From Candidatus Marinacidobacterales bacterium (GTDB taxonomy: Bacteria > Acidobacteriota > Vicinamibacteria > Marinacidobacterales > SMYC01), in assembly GCA_965237955.1 (NCBI GenBank), contig OZ250169.1, positions 1,696,001 to 1,760,000 of the forward strand: a DNA stretch of 64,000 nt. Reading direction: 5' to 3'. The position numbers and the translations under genes are program-made. Of the stretch, positions 53,857 through 64,000 are shown in pieces (the first letter of the stretch is position 1; each line of letters begins with the position of its first letter). Under the pieces are notes generated by a model, which saw only the letters and a program-made list of their open reading frames with translations, was not told where the DNA came from and made no database searches.

Positions 53857-53869
53857 TGAGAAACTCCTT

Positions 53870-54490
53870 GTTACTGACTGATATTACCGGAAGAGATCGT
53901 GTGACTTGGACGTGGGCGTTGGTCCAGCAGCATTGCGAGCCGCCCCCGCCGTTACCAGAATTATCGTTGGCTTGAAGTCGAAGGATGTAGTCGCCGGGCT
54001 CGCTGAAAGTTGCAGTCGTCACTGCTGTGCCGTCTTCTTTGCTGACCTCCGGCTCAGCATTCTCGAACGTCACCTCGCTCGGGCCGCGATACTTGCTCCA
54101 CGATAGCTTCACGGGCGGATCGATAGCGCGTTCAGGCCGGAAAGGGTCGACGATGACGCCGTCGTCGCTCGCCGATACTTTGAGCGTCATCGGCGCGGAC
54201 GTCGTGCCCTCGAACGACGCGGTGAAACCCATGGGCGGGCCTTGTTGGGCGGAACCCTCGAGTGCGAACCGAACCGTGGGAGGCGTGTTGTCCTGCGCCT
54301 TCTCTTGGTAGGGTTCCACTTCCCAATCCTTCTTCAAGGCCATCGGTATCTCGGTCGGCTTGTTGTTAGCGTTCAAATACCAGGTCAGCTTCTTGTTGCC
54401 GAAATCTGCCGGTACCTTGATCGTGAAGATACCCCAATTTCGCCTCGGGAGGAAGTGCGTTGGTTGTCCCTGATCGGGCCCGCCCGATTG
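53870..54490 (-). pseudogene. 5'-truncated hypothetical gene with Ig/PKD-like C-terminus
   Basis: GPDQGQPTHFLPRR...WSKYRGP...PGDYILRLQAND...QCCWTN; no plausible start or signal peptide upstream. Confidence 0.6.
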
Positions 54491-54540
54491 TTTGCGCCTC
54501 GCGCGGGCTTCGAGGATGATGACGCGACGCTCATACAGCC

Positions 54541-55585
54541 ATGGATCCTATCGTACACACGCTCGTCGGAGCTTCTCTCGCACAGACCGGATTACGACGC
54601 ACGACGCCGTACGCCGCCGCGGCCCTCATCGCCGGCGCGAACCTTCCCGACATCGACGTGCTCGCCACGTTCGGCGGCTCCGATTTCTCGCTTTGGTTCC
54701 GACGCGGTTGGTCGCATGGCGTGCCCGCGCTCGTGCTGCTCCCGATTCTGCTGACCGGCCTTCTCGTGTTCCTGGTCTTACCTTGCTATCTTGACCCATC
54801 CGACGCTCGACTGGATGAACAACTACGGCATGCGGTGGCTCATGCCGATCGAAGAGCGTTGGTTCTACGGCGACACGCTCTTCATCGTCGATCTTTGGAT
54901 ATGGACGACGCTCGGGGGCGTGGTGTTTCTCGCACGGGAAAGACGTCTTCCGAGCTTCGCGATGTGGGGACTCTTTGCCACGTTTGCTGGGTACATGCTC
55001 TTCACCGTTGTCCCGGGACTCCTGCCAGCGAAGATCTTCTGGTGCGCAGCGCTCGCCGGCATCCTCTTCCTTCGCTGGCGACGTGTCGGGCGGGAGGAAA
55101 CCCCATCCCGGCGACTGGCCATCGGTGCCGTAGCCGCCGTCACCATTTACGTTCTCGTCTTGAGCGCGGCGACTCGATACACACGGCGAAGCGTCGTGGA
55201 CGCGATGACAGCAACAGGAGCCACGGTCGAAACGATCATGGTGGGGCCCGTTCCCGTCACCCCGTTCGTTCGCGACGTCGTCGTGCAAACGCCGGAGGGC
55301 TACTACTACGGCCGCGCCAACCTGTGGCCGGAGTTCGAGCTCGAGCTCGCACCGCGAACGGTACCGCTTCTCGAAGACTCGCCCATCGTGCGCGCGGCGA
55401 CCGCCTCTCCTACCGTGCGCGGTTTCATGAACTGGGCGCGGTTTCCGTTCGCCGAAGTCGAGGAAACTTCGTCGGGCTACGCGGTCTATTTGAGCGACGC
55501 CCGGTATACGCGCACGCGCGGCGCGGGATTCGGGTCGGCTCGCGTCGAGATCCCGAAAGAGCGCGTCGACACCGACGGGCGATAG
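54541..55585 (+). CDS. Inner-membrane metal-dependent hydrolase (YdjM-like); frame break or deletion ~54775
   Basis: MDPIVHTLVG, ANLPDIDV, RGWSHG; THPTLDWMNNYG, GDTLFIVD. Confidence 0.8.
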
Positions 55586-55609
55586 TTCGAAAATTGCTGG
55601 TGCTGGGTT

Positions 55610-55850
55610 ATGGTCGCGACGCTCTCGGGGATCGGCCTCGGGTTTCTCGCGCTCGGGTTCTTGTTTCAAACCTACGCGCGTCCCATCGTCGGTCTGACGA
55701 CGTTGACTCTCGTGTTCATCGTCTACCTGGGCAGGATGCGGTTCCTGTGGCGGCTGCCGGGGAGCTTCGTCGTTCTTCTCATCGGTGGGATCCTGTCCTG
55801 GGTCTCCGGGATCGCGCCCATTGGCGACGATCCGTTGGCCCCGTTGGAGT
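55610..55850 (+). pseudogene. Internal fragment of an NCS2 (xanthine/uracil)-like permease
   Basis: TLSGIGLGFLALGFLFQTYARPIVGL...LPGSFVVLLIG; lacks both ends. Confidence 0.5.
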
Positions 55851-55929
55851 CTATGCACCCCGCCTTGCGCTTGGCGAGACGTGGCAAGCGCTCCGCGGAG
55901 GTCAGCTCTTGCCGTACCTATCGATCAAA

Positions 55930-56105
55930 TCACACGTCGCCAGCGCATCGAGCTCGGTGGTTTTCGTAAGGCGAGGAGCGGGCGGCACGTTGTCGAGCTT
56001 GTCTTTCGATATGTCGACGAGTGTCGTGTCGTAACCGTGGGCGCACCAGTGTGCGGCGATACCGGACCCCATGACGCCGGCGACGACGACTCCCAAACGT
56101 CCGAG
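55930..56105 (-). pseudogene. Fragment of a 3-hydroxyacyl-CoA dehydrogenase N-terminus
   Basis: LGVVVAGVMGSGIAAH...LVDI...LDALATCDLI. Confidence 0.6.
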
Positions 56106-56109
56106 CCGG

Positions 56110-57527
56110 CAGCAAAGAAGCACTCGTCGCACGCGCCGCGTCGTTCGAGCTCGACACGCCGTATGAGTCGCCGCCGGGCGATCCGCTCGAGCACCATGCG
56201 GCGGGGTTCGCGAAGATCCTGTGCTCGGCCGTTTTCATCACCGGTCTCGACGTCGATTTTGCGGCCGAAGCCATCGGCTACTTTTCCGCCCCGTACGAGC
56301 TGCGGAAGGAGCTCACCGATCGCAAAGTCGACCACGAGAACAAAGCCGTGCATGTCACGCTACCCAACGGCGTCGTCCGTACCGCGAAGTACTACGGGGA
56401 CCAGGGATGCGTCGCGCTTCCCGAAGGCGAAGACAGCGTCTACTTCACCCCGGTCGAGATCGAACCCAACCTTCCCGATCCGGCGGTGACGCCATGGCCG
56501 ATGGGAGACGTCCTTCCCGATGACCCCCTCCCGCCCGAGCTCGACGCGGAGAAAGTGCAGGCGGCGGTCGACGCGGCGTTCGAGCCCGCGGAAGGCCTCA
56601 CCGCCGCATTCGTGGTGACGTGGAAAGGGCGTCTCATCGGCGAACGCTACCGGGAAGGCATTACCGTGCATACGCCGCTCGAAAGCTGGTCGATGGGGAA
56701 GAGTCTCACCGCGACGCTCATGGGCATTCTCATCCATCAAGGCGAGTACGAGCTCTATCAGCCTGCGCCCGTTCCCGAATGGCAAGAGGAAGGCGATCCA
56801 CGTGGCGAGATCCGTATCGCCGACATCATGAGCATGTCGAGCGGCCTGCGATTCAGGAACATGGGTGACCCCGAGTGGGATCCTGCACTCGGCTATCCCG
56901 ATCATCTTTACGTCTACACCGGCACCGTGAACTCGTTCGAATACGCCGCGACGAGACCTCAGCAATGGCCTCCGAACACGATCGGTCGTTACCGCAACTC
57001 CGACCCCGTGCTCACGAACTATCTGGTTCGCCTCGCCGTGGAGCGTCGCGGTGACGAGTATCTGTCGTTTCCGCAACGAGAGCTCTTCAACAAGATCGGC
57101 ATCCGAAACCTCGTTGCCGAGACCGATCCCTACGGAGATTTCCTGCTTCAAGGCTACGAATTCGGCACCGGACGCGACTGGGCACGGCTGGGCAATCTTT
57201 ACGTGCAAGACGGCGTCTGGGACGGCGAGCGGATCCTGCCTGAAGGGTTCGTGGAGTTCGTGGGTACGGTTGCGCCCGCTTGGGAAGCCGACGGTCGTCC
57301 TATCTACGGAGCCCTTCTGGATCAACGGGACGGGTACTTATCCCATCCCGAAGGAGTCGTACTACATGGCCGGCGCCGGGAACCAGAAGACGATCATCAT
57401 ACCGTCCCACGACCTCGTGGTCGTTCGCCTCGGCCACTACCAGGGAGCGCAGCCGGGCGACGAAGGGCTTTCGAATGCCCTCGCGCTGTTGATGGAGGCG
57501 GTGCCGGAGAGCGCAACGTCCAGTTGA
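56110..57527 (+). CDS. Serine hydrolase (beta-lactamase-like); N-terminus missing, frameshift ~57312
   Basis: SWSMGKS (SxxK), YRN, RDWARLG; second frame MAGAGNQ...LVVVRLG; frame open from ~56110 without a start codon. Confidence 0.8.
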
Positions 57528-57557
57528 AGTTCTGGCCTCACGTTTCAAGGAGTGTTC

Positions 57558-58160
57558 ATGACATTGAGAGTTTCGCGCCTCGCGCTCTGCGCCGCCGTCG
57601 CGTTCGTGAGCGTCGAGTGTGCGTCCACCAAGATGACCAAGAACTGGGTCTATCCGGAGCATGGGCCACTCGATTTCGAGAACATCCTCGCGATCGTGCT
57701 CGTCCAGGACTCGCTCGTGCGCCGCTCCGGCGAAGACGAGCTCGTCCGGCAAATCCGCAAAGCGAAAGCGATCGCGTCCTACACGCTCATACCGGATCAG
57801 GACATGCAGCATGAGAACCGTGTCCGGCAGGCGGTGACCGATACCGGCGTCGACGCGATCATCGTCATGCGCCCCGTCTTCGATGAGCAAGAGCTTCGCT
57901 ACGTTCCTGGCAGCTACCCGGCGGCGTACAACAGCTTCTACGGGTACTACGGGTGGGCCTATCCGGTAGTTTATTCGCCCGGCTATTTTCGCAACGACCG
58001 CATCGTCGGGGTCGAGACCAACGTTTACGACACCAGCGACGGCAAGCTGGTGTGGTCCGGTGTGAGCCAGACGACGAACCCGAAGGATACACAGAAGCTG
58101 GTCGCGGATACCGCCAAAGCGGTCCGAAGCGTGATGCGAAAGTACGGCTTTATCTCGTAG
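57558..58160 (+). CDS. Putative lipoprotein (DUF4136-like)
   Basis: Signal peptide ending ..VECAS, Tyr/Gly-rich segment, ETNVYD...KLVWSGVS. Confidence 0.75.
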   Translation: MTLRVSRLALCAAVAFVSVECASTKMTKNWVYPEHGPLDFENILAIVLVQDSLVRRSGEDELVRQIRKAKAIASYTLIPDQDMQHENRVRQAVTDTGVDAIIVMRPVFDEQELRYVPGSYPAAYNSFYGYYGWAYPVVYSPGYFRNDRIVGVETNVYDTSDGKLVWSGVSQTTNPKDTQKLVADTAKAVRSVMRKYGFIS

Positions 58161-58169
58161 CGCGTCGCC

Positions 58170-60728
58170 TCACTGCAACAGCGCGTTGAACAGAAGCTTG
58201 AAAGTTCCGTGCGTCTGGGCACGGTGCTGCGTGCGAAAGCCAATAAGGACGACACTTCCATCGCCTAGCTTCGCCGACACCATCGCCGCCTTGTTGGCCA
58301 GATGCTTCTCGCCGATGAGCCAGCCGCTCTGCAAGATGTCGCGGTCGATGTAGCGCACGATCGTCTCGTAGCGATCGTTACCGCGTGACGGTGTGATCTC
58401 GAAAGCGGAGTTTTCCCAAAAGAGTGCGAGACCTTTCGAAGGCATCCCATACGCCAAGGGATGGCTGTTGTCGATGGTCACTTTGAGCGTCGAGCCGGGG
58501 CTGTAGAACTCTTTGTGGTCGATGCCGTCGACGACGTTACGCACGTTGAGCTCGAACTTGTCGATTGCGAAGTTGGTAGCGCCTCCGAGAGCGATGAGAG
58601 TCCCACCGTTCTCGACGAAATCTTTGAGCGCCTCGGTTCCTTCGTCACCGATGCCGCTCATGTACTCGGGAGGGTAGGCAGTGGGAGGACGGCCCGGTCG
58701 CGGTTCTTCGTCTTCGCCGGTGATCATGGCCGTCGTGTCGTGCGGCAGGATGATGACATCGAAGTTGGCGTTCAATCCACCGCTTTGGATCTCGGCGTCC
58801 TTGACCGATTTGTAGGGAAACGCGAACTGCTCCAATAAGAAGCGGGTCCAGCCTTCATCCATGTTGCCGCCGCGGTAACGGTGGTACATGCCGACGCGCA
58901 TGCGTTTCAGATCGTGGATCCCGGACGAAGGCTCCCGACCCAAAGCTCGAAAGTCCACTCCGGTCGCCTCGGCAACGTCGGCCAACCCGGAGCCCCCCGA
59001 CACGATGAAATCACCGGGCTCGAGGCCGGCGGAAGCCTGGTCGACACGGCGCACGGTCGCGCCGTTATCGAGCAATAGATTCGCCGCCTTGTAGCTCGCG
59101 TTGAGTTTTCCATCGAGCACGAACCGTGAGCTTCCCGATGCCACGCTTCCTGACACCAGCACTGCGCTCGACAGTTTTTCGAAGTCGTCGACGGCCTCGT
59201 CGACGGCATGGACGCGCACGCCCATGAACTCGGCCATGGTGTGGGTGGCGGTGTCATACGGCCGAAGAGGTGTGCCGTCCCGCCCGCGGGTCCACTCGTT
59301 ATCGGGATAGAACGTTTGTCCGAGAAGGTTCCGGACCAGCCCCATCTTGGGCTGCGCGAGCGACACGATGTACGAACCTTCCTCAAAGCTCATGCCGTCG
59401 ACCGAGAACGCTTGGTCCGCTTTCTGGATCTCGATGTCGGACATCAACAGTGTGTTGATCATCTTCGTCGCGGTCAGCGGATCGTGTTGCGTCGTCGGGA
59501 TCACATAGGCTTTCGGGCTGCCGGAAGCGCCGCGCTCCGTTTGCCGCTTCGCCTTCAAGTAGCCGTTCCAAAGGACCGTTTCTTTGTTGCGGGCCGCCAG
59601 GTCTTGAATGGCCCACGCCGCGACCTTCTGCTGCTCGACGATGTCCCGGAGCCTCCACCAGCCACCCGGCCACGGGTTCGGCATATTCGACTGTGCGTCG
59701 TATTCGGGGAGCCCGCGTGCTCCGCCGCGGAGTTGATCGGGATGGAGGTAGAGCGGTGTCGCGAGGCTCGCGCTCGCGGCCTCGGTCAACATCCCGGCCA
59801 TGTTGTGGAACGGCGTAATCCAGTGCCATCCGAAATGACCCCAGCCTGGATACTGCCCCGCATTGAGAACGCCAGCCTGGCCAGCTTCTTCCAGCTTGTA
59901 GGCGATGTGGGCGCCGTACCAGGAGATCTCGCGCCACATCAAGGGATCGGCGTAGGGCCGGATGGGCTCGCTGTACGGCGGTACGTAGAACCGAGCGCCG
60001 TAGCTTCCCATCTGGTGATGGTCGACGTAGGCCTCGGGCTTCCAATCGACGTACATGACCTTTGCGGTGTAGACCGCCTCGACCATGTTGAGAAAATCGG
60101 CATCGCGGTTGTTATCGTGGCCGACGTACTTGTGGTAGAGCCACGGAAGGCCGACGCCTTCGTACTCGGTGTCTTTGTTCTGGTAGTACCAGTCGGTGAC
60201 CATGATCTGGCCATCGGGGTTGAAGCAGGGGAACATCAGCAGGATCGTGTTGTCGAGGATCCGCCTCGTCTCCGCGTCGTCGCGGGAAAGCAGATCGTAG
60301 GCGAGCTCGGGAGCCGTTTGCGCAGCGGCGACCTCGGTCGCGTGAAGACCGAACGACTGGCTCACCACCGCCACGCCTTCGCCGATAAGCTCTTTCACTT
60401 CGGCCTCGGGCGTGCGGGGATCCTGGATACTGACGTTCACTTCCCGGAGGCGCTCGAGGTTCGCCATGTTCGCGGGCGACGAGATGATCACGAGAAGGTA
60501 GGGATGGCCTTCGGTCGATGGGCCGAGGTCGGTGACTTGGATCCGATCGCTCTCCCCTTCGAGAAGCTCGAAGTATTCGACGATCTTGTCCCATCGAGCT
60601 AGCTCACGGTCGGTGCCTAGCTGGAAGCCGAAAAACGCGTCGGGCGGAGTGATGTCGTTCGCCGCGCCGGCGGTCGAGGCCAAGCTCGCGAGTGCGAGAC
60701 AAACGCCGAGAACCATTTTGAGCTTCAT
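58170..60728 (-). CDS. Secreted M14-family zinc carboxypeptidase
   Basis: Signal peptide, LHATE, NPDG, HDNNRD, DHHQMG; C-terminal GATase-like domain. Confidence 0.92.
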   Translation of the reverse strand: MKLKMVLGVCLALASLASTAGAANDITPPDAFFGFQLGTDRELARWDKIVEYFELLEGESDRIQVTDLGPSTEGHPYLLVIISSPANMANLERLREVNVSIQDPRTPEAEVKELIGEGVAVVSQSFGLHATEVAAAQTAPELAYDLLSRDDAETRRILDNTILLMFPCFNPDGQIMVTDWYYQNKDTEYEGVGLPWLYHKYVGHDNNRDADFLNMVEAVYTAKVMYVDWKPEAYVDHHQMGSYGARFYVPPYSEPIRPYADPLMWREISWYGAHIAYKLEEAGQAGVLNAGQYPGWGHFGWHWITPFHNMAGMLTEAASASLATPLYLHPDQLRGGARGLPEYDAQSNMPNPWPGGWWRLRDIVEQQKVAAWAIQDLAARNKETVLWNGYLKAKRQTERGASGSPKAYVIPTTQHDPLTATKMINTLLMSDIEIQKADQAFSVDGMSFEEGSYIVSLAQPKMGLVRNLLGQTFYPDNEWTRGRDGTPLRPYDTATHTMAEFMGVRVHAVDEAVDDFEKLSSAVLVSGSVASGSSRFVLDGKLNASYKAANLLLDNGATVRRVDQASAGLEPGDFIVSGGSGLADVAEATGVDFRALGREPSSGIHDLKRMRVGMYHRYRGGNMDEGWTRFLLEQFAFPYKSVKDAEIQSGGLNANFDVIILPHDTTAMITGEDEEPRPGRPPTAYPPEYMSGIGDEGTEALKDFVENGGTLIALGGATNFAIDKFELNVRNVVDGIDHKEFYSPGSTLKVTIDNSHPLAYGMPSKGLALFWENSAFEITPSRGNDRYETIVRYIDRDILQSGWLIGEKHLANKAAMVSAKLGDGSVVLIGFRTQHRAQTHGTFKLLFNALLQ

Positions 60729-60781
60729 GAGCGCACCTCTCTCGTTGGCGGATTCTACTGGTTTGAGTGGTGCTGCGCGAA

Positions 60782-61768
60782 CTAGCGGCCGTCGGGCCAG
60801 ATGCCGATGTCGCGGTAGTATCGGATGGCGCCGGGGTGGAACGGTGTGCCGTTATCGCGCACGACGTTGTCGGCCCTGATGAACTGGCCCGCGGGGTGTT
60901 TTTCGGCGATGCGATCCCCGTTCTCGTAAATGGTTCGCGTGATCTCGTAGGCGAGCTCGTCGTCCATATCTTCATGAACGATCACGTGCATCGAGCCGCA
61001 GTTGAGACCGGTGAACTCTTCGTCCTGCCCGCGGTACGTTCCGGCGGGGATAGGAACGTCGAAGTAGAACGGATATTGCTCGACGAGCGCGGCGCGGCGG
61101 TCATCGTCGAAGGGTACGAGAAGAATGTCGGAAGACGTCGTTGCTTGCACAATCGACGCCGTGGGAACGGCGCCGCCGAGAAACGCGGCAGCGGCGGATC
61201 CGTCGGCGAGCATGTCGACCGATCCGGCTTGAGTATTGTTGAGCGGCGTGAAGTCGTCGTAGCTGAGCCCGTGGGCTGCGAGGATCGGCCGCATGAAAAA
61301 CTCCCACCCCGCGCCCGCTACCCCGACGACGACGCGCTTTCCGGCGAGATCGGCGATGGATTCGATCCCGGAGCCGCGAGGCGTCACGAACACGAGCACG
61401 TTGTGCGCCATCGTCATGAGGCTTCGCATGCGGTACGGTTTGTCCCAGCTGCCTTCGCCACGCACCGCGAAGTATGTGATCGACGAGTTGGCAAGACCGA
61501 TCTCGAGCTCGCCCCGGTCGATGCGGCGGATGCTCTCGAGTGTACCCTTCGTCGCTTCCGACGTGACGTCCCAACGGTTGTCGCCGTGCTCGGTGAGCAC
61601 TTCGGCGAGAGCGCCGCCAACGATGAAAAACGCCCCCCCGGGAGGAGCAGAACCGATGCTGAGGAATTGCTTGGAAGGCGCGTCGCCGTCGGAGCACGCC
61701 GCGTTGGCTGCTACGACGAGTCCGAGCGCGAGGACCCAGCGTCGACGAGGCGAATGATGGATGGCCAC
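60782..61768 (-). CDS. TAXI-family TRAP transporter substrate-binding lipoprotein
   Basis: SIGSAPPGGAFF, ATKGTLES, IADLAGKRV, PFHPGAIRYY. Confidence 0.9.
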   Translation of the reverse strand: MAIHHSPRRRWVLALGLVVAANAACSDGDAPSKQFLSIGSAPPGGAFFIVGGALAEVLTEHGDNRWDVTSEATKGTLESIRRIDRGELEIGLANSSITYFAVRGEGSWDKPYRMRSLMTMAHNVLVFVTPRGSGIESIADLAGKRVVVGVAGAGWEFFMRPILAAHGLSYDDFTPLNNTQAGSVDMLADGSAAAAFLGGAVPTASIVQATTSSDILLVPFDDDRRAALVEQYPFYFDVPIPAGTYRGQDEEFTGLNCGSMHVIVHEDMDDELAYEITRTIYENGDRIAEKHPAGQFIRADNVVRDNGTPFHPGAIRYYRDIGIWPDGR

Positions 61769-61769
61769 G

Positions 61770-62492
61770 TCAGGGAAACTTGACCGGCTCGGTCGAAGTG
61801 AAGAGCTCGTCCGGCATCGAGGCGCCGACGAATATGTCTTCGAAGCGGATGCGCTCGTCGTTTCCAATGCGCTCGGTGGCGACGCGTATGCCGCCATAGC
61901 GGTGCCACCGCGTCCAGCGATAGTCTCCTTCGATTCCGCTTTCTAACTTGAACTTCCAGCGCTCCATCAGGTGGGTGTCGCGGTTGACGTAGGCCCAATA
62001 CTGGTCGCCCGGCGAGCGCCCCACATTATCGAACGTGAGATGCACTTTGTCGTAGACAACGCCGTCGATTTCTTCTTCGCCGTCATAGGAGAGATTGACT
62101 CCCGGGTCTCTCCATTTGAACGGCATGAGAAACCAATAGGTCGCGCCTGTCCACATCCGCGTTGCCTGCTTGAGGTAGTCTAAGAGCTCTTTGTGCCGGA
62201 GAGGTCGGCCTTCGACGTAGACTTTCCCCTGTCGCGTGTTGAGGTTCATCAAAACGACATAGGGAATGCCGGCATCGTTTCGCGATTCGATGCGGAGGCG
62301 ACCGAGCCAACGATCCCAAGTGAACGTGGGTTTGCGGTTTCGACGGACGTTGGTGAATCGAATGAACCGAGCTTGCTCCCAGTTCTCGCGGCCGCCCATG
62401 GCTTCGATCATCTCGTCGGCAACGCGGATTGCCTGCTGATCCTGTTCGTCGGGTGCGGCGAGCAGCGCAGCGAGGATGAGTGCTTGGAGCAT
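61770..62492 (-). CDS. Secreted hypothetical protein
   Basis: Signal peptide, AMGGRENW, YWFLMPFKWRDPGV, GRSPGDQYW. Confidence 0.75.
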   Translation of the reverse strand: MLQALILAALLAAPDEQDQQAIRVADEMIEAMGGRENWEQARFIRFTNVRRNRKPTFTWDRWLGRLRIESRNDAGIPYVVLMNLNTRQGKVYVEGRPLRHKELLDYLKQATRMWTGATYWFLMPFKWRDPGVNLSYDGEEEIDGVVYDKVHLTFDNVGRSPGDQYWAYVNRDTHLMERWKFKLESGIEGDYRWTRWHRYGGIRVATERIGNDERIRFEDIFVGASMPDELFTSTEPVKFP

Positions 62493-62563
62493 GCGCGGGA
62501 TGATACCAGTTGGCCGAGAATCTTACGAGGTGCCTCGCGGCGCGATATTCTGCTGAACCCGGA

Positions 62564-62705
62564 ATGACAGACCACGGCGAAGTTACCGAGCTACACCATG
62601 CTTATGCGGGAGGGGATCGAGGCGCGTTCGATCGTGTCGTCCCCATGGTGTACAACGAGCTTCGTCGCATTGCCCGAAACCATCTTCGCCGCACCAAACC
62701 AAAGA
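62564..62705 (+). pseudogene. ECF sigma factor 5' part, interrupted by ISL3
   Basis: EVTELHHAYAGGDRGAFDRVVPMVYNELRRIARNHLRR, then the IS left end. Confidence 0.82.
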
Positions 62706-64000
62706 GGTTCTCCTGTCGTTTCGGGGGATCTGATTTGTGTTGGAGGGCATGGCCTATGGACGCTGCCGCGATTGTGGAAAACGCCGGAAACTCCGGGCGA
62801 GAGAGGCGTTTAGGGAAAGGTTGTGAGCACGTACAAACGTGGAGCGGCGTTTTCCACAATCGCTTGGAAAACGCTTCGCGTTTCCCACGAGCGCCCACAG
62901 GCCCCTCCTGATATATATACAAGAAAGATTAATTCATATGGGATAAGGAAGGGGGGGCTCGATTAGTGGAGGCTATGGAAAACGCCCTTCCAGGCTTCGA
63001 AGAGAACTCAGTCGTGAGCAAGGTCTGAACGACCAGAACCGTGGGGGCGTTTCCCACAGCCTCGTCTCCCGCTGAGGGGCAGTGGCATTTGGTGAGGCCC
63101 GTGGGTTGAGAGGGTAAGCCATGTGTAGATGCGCATCGGCGAGAACGCTAGAATCTTTTTTTCCGAAAGAGAAAAGAGCGTTCCCGCGATGCGCGTTACT
63201 ACGTTAGTCAACAAGCTCATCGGATTGCAAGGCCTGTGGGTCCGAGGTTTCCACTTCCAGGCGGACAAAGCCAGAGTGGTGGTGGATGTAGTACCACGGA
63301 GGAGGAAGCCTCTGTGCGGGATTTGCGGACGAAAGGTCCGCAAGAACAAAGATCGCTACAATCGCTACTGGCGGCACTTGGACCTGTTCGGAGTCCGGAC
63401 CTATCTTCGCTACTCGATCCGACGAGTGCTATGTCGGCGGTGTGGAGTGGTCAGAGAAAAGGTGCCTTGGGCAGACAAGGGAAGCCGCTTTACCAAAAGC
63501 TTCGAACAAGAGGTAGCGTGGCTGGCACAGAGGACGGACGTCAGCGCCGTAGCGAACTATTTCCGAGTGACGTGGCGTTCGGTGCGACGGATCATCCAGC
63601 GAGTGGTTGCCGAGCAGCGGGATGAGCGGCGCGAGCTCGATGGATTGCGGGTGATTGGGATGGACGAGATCAGCTACCGCAAACGCCACAAGTACTTAAC
63701 AGTGGTAATAGACCATCTCAGCGGCCGGGTCGTCTGGGCGGGAAAGGAGCGCAAGGCCAAGACGCTGCTGCGGTTTTTCCGCAAGCTCGGACCACAAAGA
63801 GCCGCGGAGCTCGAAGCGGTCAGCATGGACATGTGGGAGCCGTACATAACTGTCGTCGGCAAAAAGGCTCCTCAGGCACGGGTGATCTTTGACCGCTTCC
63901 ACATCGTCAAGCATCTGAACGAGGCCGTGGATAAGACCCGGCGCGAGCTGGTGCGCGAGCTCAAAGGGACTGCCCGGCGCAACCTCAAGAACACCAAGTT
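62706..64000 (+). mobile_element. Second ISL3 copy, truncated by window edge; transposase from 63129
   Basis: Near-identical to the sequence from 37831 (offset 24875); about 5 substitutions seen by eye. Confidence 0.96.

Overview
GC-rich bacterial chromosome segment; gene content suggests Acidobacteria (inference only). Positions 1-37 kb are mostly housekeeping genes: glcE/glcF, qor, an ABC permease/ATPase-lolA-radical SAM cluster, uvrC-trpS-scpAB-rluB-cmk-rpsA-IHF/HU, icmF plus a B12-binding subunit, a RomR-like regulator, birA, an RlmD-type methyltransferase, comEC, mazG, TPR and DUF4388 proteins, ribF, an RsbV/W/U-type module, cysS, yraN, tRNA-Gly and tRNA-Cys. Positions 37-64 kb are accessory: two toxin-antitoxin pairs, two near-identical ISL3 copies, tRNA-Leu, malate synthase G, secreted proteins, a tandem CTAG-flanked MITE-like element and many deletion-fused gene fragments. 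Main observations: (1) glcF has an in-frame TGA at a 4Fe-4S cysteine position followed by a SECIS-like hairpin, making it a candidate selenoprotein. (2) The ISL3 carries a ~420-bp leader with two homologous hairpin modules that fold best on the minus strand, a candidate outward-facing IS-encoded ncRNA or ssDNA structure. (3) Short 6-9-nt tandem repeats sit at many housekeeping gene junctions next to locally aberrant codon usage. Many single-base frameshifts look like long-read indel errors. All calls are by eye; no database search was run.
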